Below, one piece after another: positions 11,557-20,000 of a stretch of 20,000 nucleotides of DNA (position 1 is the stretch's first letter; each line of letters begins with the position of its first letter). The stretch comes from Trypethelium eluteriae (lineage: Eukaryota), in NCBI GenBank assembly GCA_051942245.1, contig JAVECL010000060.1, forward strand, positions 45,851 to 65,850. Direction: 5' to 3'. A program made the translations under genes and the position numbers. The notes beneath the pieces were generated by a model. It had not been told where the DNA came from, did not search any database, and was given only the letters and a program-made list of their open reading frames with translations.

Positions 11557-13628
11557 ATGGGACTACCCCTGCATCGCAATGCTGTCGACACACTGATTCT
11601 CAGCTGGATCTTTACGTTCTTGGCCACGGTATCGATGCTTGGCTTCATCTGGTCTCGTCATTTAGCGAAGGCACACGTGGGTTCGGACGATCTACTGCTT
11701 TTTGCTGCATACATAAGCAGTCTTGGCCTGGTTGCTGTCACGACCTGGGCAATCTCGCTGGAAGGTCAAGCAGAACATTTGGATAATCTTACCCGAAGTG
11801 AAGCTGCATGGATCGCCAAAGTATGGTCACTCCCACTCTTCTTCTTGGCATACTGAGTACTTAACCACTGACTTTGTGACTACCCAGTCATTGTTCGCAA
11901 ATGAGCTACTCTGGGGATTCATCAACACTCTTCTTCGCTTGTCCGCCTGCCTCTTCGATTTGAAGATATTTGGTACTTCGCGCCGGGTTGAGATTTCAAT
12001 CTGGATCCTTGAGGCACTTTCAATCATACAGTGGCTTGTAACTTTAATGGAATCATTGCTTATATGTAAACCTTCGCGTAAAGCCTGGAAGCCTGCTATT
12101 CCGGGCCATTGCGGCAATGAGATCTTAGCCTACATTTGGCTTGAATCAGCCGGGCTCTTTATTGACCTTGCTATAGTCTTAGTGCCCTTAATGGAAATAT
12201 ATCGGCTACAAATACGTATGACCCAGAAACTCTCAATCGGTGCACTTTTCGGAATCGGCTTGCTGTAAGAGCTCAGGTTTACTTGTAATATGACAAGCTA
12301 ATTCTAAGGATCAGTGTCGTTATCATCTCCGGAATGCGAATTAGTGCGCTTCATGATGTTACCTCTGCAGATTTCACGTATTCCAGGAACTCACTCGGCT
12401 TGCTATCTACGCTAGGCGTTTTCGTTACCATCATTTTGGCAGGTACTCTAAGCCTTCGCCCACTCCTTAGCCATCTCAAAAAGAAGACTCAAAAATTTAC
12501 CGCCTCACTCACCGTCTACGAGCGCACACGCAGCTGGACAAGAAGACACAACTTCCTGTCGAAAACTGGGACCAGCTATATGCATTCCTCGCAGGTCGAA
12601 ATAAGCTCGCCCAACATCAATGCCAGCCCCATTCATAGAGACGTCCCAGTTCATTTGAACAATATCGAAGCTGACCAGCATTCGATCAACCCTGGCTTTG
12701 GCTGGTCGTATCAATTGGCTCATTCTTTGAGGATCGCTTACCATGAGCCACAGGAGAGTGACCTCATCAACTGGCAAGATTCCCTCCAAACCAGAGACGG
12801 TTCCGACCGTATCCCATTTGATGACTTCCAATGGCTTCTTCAAGCTCTACAAATCCCCACTGCTAGCTACATTTTTGGGGATAGCTATCAACGAACACTT
12901 GCCGCCACCGATGCACGATGTCTTCGCAGCCAGAATACAAAAAATGAATGGGAATTTTTGAGCTCTGGAAGTCCGGCGTCTACATACAAGCGCACTGCAA
13001 TAGACATTTTCAGAATTTTCACTGACATTGTGCCTGGTTCGCCTCCACAATTTTCGTTCGACTGCCGCAAGGGTATCGAGGAGTGGCGTGCGAGCCTTAT
13101 GAACACCCGTCATAACAACAGCTTCAAAGGGCACGATCAAATTGACTCAGCATGGACGACGAACGGCAGAACAAGCATTCATAGAAGCACAGAGGTAGAA
13201 AACCATGAGTGTAAGTCAGGGCACAATGCGAAATTTATAGACTTCTCGACTAAACCGCATGATAACCGCTGACGATGGCGACAGACTCATGTCCGTATAT
13301 TGTTACAGTGGAATTGCATTCATTCAAAGATAAGACAAATGAATTTATTGAAGCATGGTTTCAAGACGCCCGTCGCGATTTGCTTGCCGACGCGGCTGGC
13401 TTTACGCAAATCGATCACCACATCATGGATTCTACCTCGACGCTGAAAGACATTGGACAGCGGCCACAGAAAGAAATTTACCGGCTGGATCGCTTTGAAA
13501 TACTTCATCCGCGCTTACCTGAAGTTGCGGTGGGAAATCAAACCGCATGGTTGGCAAGTCATCTCGATGACGGCAAAGCTATCATCGTACGTGGCTTGCA
13601 GCTATCAGTGCCAACAATTCATGTCTAG
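11557..13628 (+). CDS. PTH11-like / fungal rhodopsin-domain 7TM protein (no CFEM) with a long C-terminal extension resembling EthD-like dimeric alpha/beta barrel repeats; about 626 aa if fully spliced
   Basis: Exons 11557-11820, 11888-12264, 12315-13210 and 13285-13628. Introns 11821-11887, 12265-12314 and 13211-13284 are all GT-AG and all frame-preserving. PTH11-family motifs include DDLLL, GQAEH, LLRLS, ICKPSRKAW..PGHC, FIDLAIVLVPL..I..LQ, K..I..LFGIG and LSLRPLL. The 7TM part (11557 to about 12480) is well supported; continuity with the 3' part is less certain. Confidence 0.7.
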
Positions 13629-15003
13629 GTAGACCATTGCTAGGACTTCGAGACTCTTAGAGGCATGGTCACTCGTCCTCGTGGTTACGCTGAGACTAAA
13701 ATAAGATACTGAATCAGCCCTTCAGGAAATAGTCAGTGAAATATTGCAAGAGATACTGGGGAACCAAGATCCGATGACGACGAGCCGACTCGAACGGAAA
13801 CCAGGTCTTGGAGAGATTTGGCCATTCGACCTAATGAACTGAGTGTTGGTCCAGCTACGCCTTTCACATAGTTGTAGGCTGTGCAGTAGTGTTTATTCGC
13901 GTCGCTTCAAATACGCGAGGATCTCTCGGCTCTCCCGATTCGAGTCATATCGAATCACTTCTCTCATCGAGAGTGACAGAGTGACACCATAATGACCCAG
14001 CTACTTTGTTCCCAAAGACATGTGTCTTAGTACTCACATTGCGATCGTAGATGACGTATCGAGTGGAGTTTTCGCCGAATGAAATCCAAACGAGTGGGAA
14101 TTCTGGCCGCTGCGATTTGTCCGGCAAGATTTTAGCATCGCACTTATCAGGTAAGGTCGACCTGGATTCATGCAGAGCGTAGACTCAAACAGTATATCAT
14201 GAAAACGACCCGCATGCTTTCTGAAAGATTCATTGCTGCCTTTTTAGGGTCGTGTTGATTAGAGACTTGGGCCACCAGGCGGTCATTTGAGCAGTACTCT
14301 ATAGACAAGCAGCGATGGTTCTATAGAAGTTGAAATGAAAGGGAATTGGCAGGCTCTATACTCTTATCCATTGAAATAGTTTAGTTTTGACAGCAAGAGA
14401 TTAGCCAATATATTGATGCAAACTCTACTTGAGACCGAAGCTTTACTCTATGTCGGGTAGGTCACTTTCGAGACATGGAATCCAGAGACTCTATCAGCTC
14501 CTCTCTAGGGAAGGACTGAATCCATAAACGAGCTTGAGATACTGGATCTTTAGGAGCCTCCATTGCAAATATGGCACAGCTGCTCATCCGAAAATAGCAT
14601 TGTGTATGTCTATGGACGCCCCGTCGAACGGAAAGGCACAGTCAAGATTGATACCGCTGCTCGTAATGTTGATGTTCAGAGACATCCAGCGTCTGTGGCA
14701 CCGATTGGGAAGGCTCCTTTTCATTGCGCTATGGAGAAACTGTTGGGAGGACATCTTCAATGGATTGGACGTTCTCCAATGCAGATCGCTACAGTGCACA
14801 GTCGAAACGACTCTCATCATTGACATATTTTGCTGGTGTATTGACGCCACCGTAGAGGAATTGCCTCCACATAGAAAAAAGCCATGCAAAATTGCTTTGC
14901 CGGTTGGGGTCTCTCAATGAAGTCCTGGGCATCCATGTCGGCTTAGTATGTCAAGATTAAATTAATTGCTCGTTCGACGACGAAACATAACCTATCAGCT
15001 ATA

Positions 15004-15791
15004 TCACTGTTGTTCATCAGATATCTCAAGAGCCTCTTTTAGCTCCATCGACCATTGACGAACTGGCTTCTTCCCCTCTTTGAGTTCCTGATAGGACGAT
15101 CTGAGCGGCTCCGGAATTTGGCTCGTATCTAAAAACCCATCGTCGTCGACGTATTCCCACATGTATGTAATCATAGGCATTGCAAGAGAGCCCATACGCT
15201 CTCCGAGATCGCGTGCGCGCAGGCGTAGGAAGGCTTCCAACAATACGTGAGACTGTGGGACAAGGACTGGAGGCTGGTCTGACTTGAAGAAGCCCGATCC
15301 CCGACCTGGTCGCTGAGGTGGAAGAACAGTTTGATCGGACGCAAGGACGAGATGCTGGGGAAGCTTAAGCCTCCAGGGGGGGGACAAAGAGCTATCGAGC
15401 GGTGGGAGGAACCAGAGCGTCTTTGATTGTAGATAAAGGGCCACCGTGACTTCCGAAGCGTCAATATGCAAGTGGAAGGCTGGTGGCGGCGTGGGGCGCA
15501 TCAGTGAGCTTGTGGGGCAAACTTCCTGGTCCAAACAGGGTTTGAGGCTCTGAATTTGAGCGAGAGCCTTAGCGCCAGCCTCCAAATGATCGTCCGGAAC
15601 GACAAAGTCAATCGACTTGCAAAGCGTCAGTAAAAGTTTAGGGACTAATTCCATTGTCAAATACCCACGCCGACGATGGATGGTACACCGTGAACATTGA
15701 GAAGAGGATGGCCCCATAGAATGCAGGGAATCTTGGTTCGGTTGAGAACCTGCGCAATGGACGCTATGAACAATTCTGAAAGGTCGGACAT
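15004..15791 (-). CDS. Conserved-looking fungal hypothetical protein with a degenerate nucleotidyltransferase-like N-terminal motif, 244 aa
   Basis: ATG at 15791. Exon 1 is 15791-15669. Intron 15668-15616 has GTGGGT...CTGAC...AAG. Exon 2 is 15615-15004. The spliced N-terminus is MSDLSELFIASIAQVLNRTKIPCILWGHPLLNVHGVPSIVG-SIDFVVPDDHLEAGAKAL. The N-terminus shown in the ORF track for 15004-15717 is in the wrong frame or intronic. Confidence 0.75.
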
Positions 15792-16833
15792 GTTCTATAC
15801 TCTCTTGTTGGCAGTCTTGTCCGTCTATGTGCTCATGAAGTCGTCTGCTGTGATCAAAGAATCAAAGTTGGAGGTGGTGTGACCGCAGGAAAATACAAAT
15901 GGATACGTTGACTAGGTCCCTGACCAGAGTTGTACCTCTATGAGAATTCGTAACGCTTCGTATGATTAGGTATACTTGCAATTTTGTGATGAATGTGAAC
16001 TCAGGCCTTGCGTAATGCCCTTTGCTCACTGCCTACGATCGGCGAGGACGACCCGCCCATAGGGTTAGAGGTATTTATTATTGCCCCTGTTGCCGACCGG
16101 CTTAGGTAAGTCGTCGTTACTCGATCTCGATGCCGCGTCAGGGCGGACCCGAATTACTAATTAGGTAGGTAATATTAGGCAGCGCCTTGTCTCAATCTGG
16201 ACATGTGCATAAAATCTACAACCGCAGTTAGCTTCACGTGCAATACATGTAGGGACCTTGCATGACCTCGTCCACAACATCTCTATAAAATCAAGAGCTC
16301 TTGTAATCAGCAATAGTCTTTACCTGTAAAGTTGTATTTCTGGGGCCAACTACGATCTTGGGAATGGCTTTACGCTCCTCGGCTTGCCTCCATGCTCCTT
16401 GGATTGCCTTTACGCCCGCCAAGTCACATTGGGCCCCGCCTGGTTGACTTTGCGCCCATTAGGTTGCATTTGCTCCATTTTTGTGATGAGGAGTCTTTAT
16501 GATTGGCGTGCATATTGTGTGCGACCTTACGAGGCATCTTCTGCATGGACATATCTCCGTGACTTCCCGCAGTCTTCGCCAATCAGTGGGCAGATGTTAC
16601 ACCCATTGCTCTGTCGACTTATATACGCTGTGTCACTGAAGTTCTGCTGCGTACTGATCCCTAAGCTCCAGAACTTCCCAGTATGCCAATACTACTTCTG
16701 TTCCCCTTTATCCTGTCATAGTATCTCCAATCCAAAGCCGCCTCTCAGCTTACCTAGCATTTAGCCTCTATACCCACACTACTACGAATCGAGTTCGTGC
16801 AACATCAGTCTTCTTGCGTGATCGTCCAGCGCC

Positions 16834-17560
16834 ATGCAGGCACAAAAGCGGCTCGAAATTGCCGCTGTCAATGTCATCAGAATTCTCAAGGACATCAGCG
16901 AATTCAGAGAGGCCAGGATTGCGGTTATTGGTGGGCTCGCCCTCTGGAAATACAATCCCGCTGGAAGAACCACCAATGTATTTGAGGTCCATACCCTAAG
17001 TTACCATTTGTCAGTCCTAAATAGCAGCTAGGATGTCGATTTCATTGTCAGTATAGACAGTGCCCCACAGGGTGTCAAGCAAAAGCTTCTAGCTCTTCCC
17101 AACTCCTTCTTTACCCAGCAGGCCGAGTTCTTTCTTTACAAGAGTCCAGATGGATCTAATATCCAAATTGACATCACACCGGAGTGGCAGGCTTGTGCAC
17201 CCTTTCCAGAGATAGCCCTCATATCTTCTAGAGAATCTAACATTCCTTCCTTAGTCTCCGTACATGCCAAGTGCAGCAGAGAAGCTCAAAGATATCCCGG
17301 ATGGAACTGTCCCATATATCTCGCCAATCGATCTCATCATCTTCAAGATAAATTCCTGCGGTTTACGGGCACAACTGACCAAAAGAGTTACCGATGCCTC
17401 TGATGCCGAGACACTGCTGGAAATGGAGACATCGCGTTCGCCGCTTAGCCTCACCGCTACGCAGCAAGCTACAGTAGAAGCCTGCATCGCGGATGTGGTC
17501 ACGCACGGCTCAATGACCGAGGAGTGGTGGAGAGAGCGTCTCGGACTGCCCGCTCGTTAG
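16834..17560 (+). CDS. AbiEii/DUF1814-like (Pol-beta superfamily) nucleotidyltransferase-fold protein, 202 aa
   Basis: Exons 16834-16977, 17032-17190 and 17255-17560. Intron 16978-17031 is GT-AG. Intron 17191-17254 is GC-AG with a CTAAC branch. The spliced protein has IAVIGGLALWKY...RTTN-DVDFIV, IQIDIT and LIIFKINSCGLR...KRVTDASD, which is the GG-A / R-T-DxD / third Asp / K..R..D layout of this family. Confidence 0.8.
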
Positions 17561-18631
17561 TTTCGTCGACTGCAAAGACCAGCAGTCTCATTTCATTGGA
17601 AATTGCCCTTGATGGTGCATGAATCGGCTGTACTGCACCAATCTTGAAATGCTCGCAATAAAGAATTAGAGTTTGCTCTTCTCACGGTCTTGGACGCTTA
17701 TAGTGAGGCCCTCACCATCGCTACACTTACTCATCCCTGTCTACTCATCTCTGAATGGGCTCTGCATGTGACCGTTTGCGATGATGTTGTATCTATGTGT
17801 GTGAAGGAGATAGAGTTAGAGACTTCCTATATATCTACTATTCTACTAGAAGAAATTTGCATTCATCAACTTGGTGATGTACGTGATGTGGTAATTGAAT
17901 TGTCCTATGTATGCTCGGGAACTAGATCGTCAATTAGTTGTGCCCCAAGCCTTCAACCTATGGCCCGAAGAGAGCAACCTCAAATTTTAGATACAAATAG
18001 CCAACGACGACGTAGGATGTGCTGGGAACCCATCTCTGAGCTCCGATCGAGGCACTGCACCGTGATCGGTCACGATATTACATGGTTGACCAAAGAAAAT
18101 CCCAGGGAATGCATTGTATAGACTAGGATATCTCGCATAAAACACAGTAGCGTAGGGGATACGGAAATATCCCAAAAATTTGAAATTCTTACCTCCCAAA
18201 GGTATCGATTGCAAGCACAATTAACGACAGAGGAAGATCGAGTATAAGGAATAATATTTCCCACTGATCAACGGCACGCACAGCTTACATACCAGGCTCG
18301 AAGCTCTATTAGCAGCGATTGTAGGCCAGCATTCTCTCCTAACTGACAACCCTAAACCAATACCGCGTCAGTCCCTCTGATATGGAGCAAGCTCAACGCT
18401 TCGGCGCAGAACCTGAATCGTTTGGCATTAAATTCGCCAAGACTGCGTACCAGATCGGTTACCAAGGATTTGGAATCTACCCAGCCGGTCAGTGGGTCAC
18501 ACATCAGCGTCCGCCTCTCTGAACCACTGACGCCGCGAGCGTACATCTTCATCCGCTGAGAATTCTGCGCATTGCATGTTTTGGGGCCATTCTGCGTGTT
18601 TCATGTCCATATGACGTCCGTCGCCTCTCGC

Positions 18632-19432
18632 TCATATCGCTATCGTTTTCTCTCCATTATATCCCTCAGCCTGGGCAAAGTAGTATCCCCTCTGGTTCGC
18701 AAGTAGCCTCAGCGGTCCAGCGCTACCCTCACGCTGAACCGTAAAATCACAGTTGTAATGCGTATGCCCAAATGCCCAAACTTTGACTTTATCACTCGTG
18801 AAGCATGGCTCCTTTGATAACTCCGTTGAGAAGGCGCTCGTGATGGGGCTATCGGCATGCTTCGGCTCGATCGCGCGGAGATCCATCGATGGGCTCCAGT
18901 GTGAAAAGATAATGATATTGACGTCGGAAAGTTCAAGGTCTGCGACCTGCGCATTCAGCCAGGCAACATCCCGTTTGTGCGCTTCGTTGTGCGCGTCAAT
19001 ATCCCAGTCATTCGTCTGAAAAAAGTCGTTGAGTCCGAAGCTCACTGCCATGTGTCTCTCGGGCGGAATGGAAGAAAAGAGACTGCAACCTAGAATGGCG
19101 ACATTGGTATCTGGCAGCCGAAAGACTGTCCGATCGAGCAGGACAAACTCTCCAAGCGATGTATTTTCGCGGACGTCCTGTTCGAAGGCGCGAAGGATGG
19201 TGAGAGTTTCAGGCCAGTTGGAATTATATGCTTCGTGGTTCCCAGGGACAAAGAGCACCGTGTGGAAATTGCTAAGTTGCCGAGTCAGGAAGGCAAAGCA
19301 GTCGTCCTTATGCGACGCGATATTGCCGATGTCGCCAAGCAGCGCAAGGTGGGGTGCTTTCGGAACGATTTCAAAAACATCGTAGGCTTTTGGAGCCTCC
19401 AGATGTAAGTCGGAGAGAATCTGAACGGCCAT
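18632..19432 (-). CDS. Calcineurin-like metallophosphoesterase (Ser/Thr phosphatase superfamily), 266 aa, intronless
   Basis: All five metal-binding motifs are present in order: SDLHLE, LLGDIG, PGNHE, FSHWSP and FGHTH, plus the C-terminal NQRGY typical of this fungal/bacterial subgroup. Confidence 0.93.
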   Translation of the reverse strand: MAVQILSDLHLEAPKAYDVFEIVPKAPHLALLGDIGNIASHKDDCFAFLTRQLSNFHTVLFVPGNHEAYNSNWPETLTILRAFEQDVRENTSLGEFVLLDRTVFRLPDTNVAILGCSLFSSIPPERHMAVSFGLNDFFQTNDWDIDAHNEAHKRDVAWLNAQVADLELSDVNIIIFSHWSPSMDLRAIEPKHADSPITSAFSTELSKEPCFTSDKVKVWAFGHTHYNCDFTVQREGSAGPLRLLANQRGYYFAQAEGYNGEKTIAI

Positions 19433-19855
19433 AATTCTGAAGAAATGTGTTTCAGATATGAAACCGGGTTGACAGATTAGTGCGAACCCCTACCTAATAG
19501 ACCCAGAAGTCTTCCTATTCTGAAATCCTTTCCACCAAGGGTAAAATGCGGATGCTGTGGCTGATTCTCCAATGTGTAAATTTATTAGATTAGCGGTTAA
19601 ACTAAATTTACCGAAAACAGGATCCGCACAGGGATCAGTCAGCGGTACATAATCATTAGTACTTCGACTCCCGAACCTCTTCGAAACCCATGGCGACCTC
19701 TGCTGTACATGGCACGATGGCTATTGTCCCTCTCCCTGCTCTCTCGTCTCAGCCGCCTCGCGAGAACCACCGCTTCTCCATTCTTCAGCAGTCCGGTCTG
19801 CGATAACCCAAGTTTAAACTTTTTCCACCCAAAAAGCCTCTATCAAAAGCCCCTC

Positions 19856-20000
19856 ATGACAGAAGTGGCGAGCCCGATCACGACTCCAAATGGCGCAGTA
19901 GAGGAAGCCGAGAAGGAAGAGGCTGAGAAGCCACTTCCTGCTCTCACGCCAGGCGAATTCCGCGTCTACAACCGCATGGCAGAGCATATGGAGCTTTACG
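19856..20000 (+). CDS. Hemerythrin-like (HHE cation-binding) domain protein, 5' part; runs off the window end
   Basis: ATG at 19856 opens MTEVASPITTPNGAVEEAEKEEAEKPLPALTPGEFRVYNRMAEHMELY. The LP.L...EFRVYNRMAEHM signature matches what I recall directly preceding the first His of fungal HHE-domain proteins. The domain itself lies outside the window. Confidence 0.7.
   Translation, partial: MTEVASPITTPNGAVEEAEKEEAEKPLPALTPGEFRVYNRMAEHMELY

Noticed and set aside
13630..15000. Overlapping 60-128 aa ORFs suggesting a pseudogene
   Set aside because: I could not build a coherent spliced model or recognise a family. The frames I translated are interrupted by stops. It needs tBLASTn/BLASTx.
15915..16258. 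8-bp inverted repeat AGGTCCCT / AGGGACCT flanking about 340 bp (possible MITE)
   Set aside because: It is too short, does not extend cleanly, and has no evident target-site duplication; compatible with chance.
16384..16764. 126-aa Cys-rich ORF upstream of the NTase gene
   Set aside because: It has a TTG start and no signal peptide or motif, and lies in the probable promoter/5' UTR.
17600..18600. ORF 17690-18121 and minus-strand splice-like signals (GTAAGA, GTATGT, CTAAC)
   Set aside because: The ORF has a non-ATG start, there is no consistent exon chain, and no product is recognisable.

Overview
Eukaryotic DNA from a filamentous ascomycete (Pezizomycotina), inferred from short 49-74 nt spliceosomal introns with CTRAY-type branch sites and from the gene content. 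The ORF track splits most genes at their introns, so I rebuilt the exon structures by hand. The left half (1-10.8 kb) is a housekeeping block: a SNG1-like membrane protein (partial, -), a Bud3-type Rho GEF (+), chaperonin TCP1/CCT1 (-, with an unusual in-frame Gly/Pro/Ser/Gln-rich insertion) and a cytosolic prolyl-tRNA synthetase (+). The right half (11.5-20 kb) looks accessory. It holds a PTH11/fungal-rhodopsin-like 7TM gene apparently spliced in frame to an EthD-like C-terminal module, two divergently transcribed small nucleotidyltransferase-fold genes (one AbiEii/DUF1814-like and needing a GC-AG intron, one with a degenerate motif), an intronless calcineurin-like metallophosphoesterase, and the start of a hemerythrin-like gene. 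Family assignments come from motif recognition by eye; no database search was run. No RNA genes, CRISPR arrays or intact transposons were seen.
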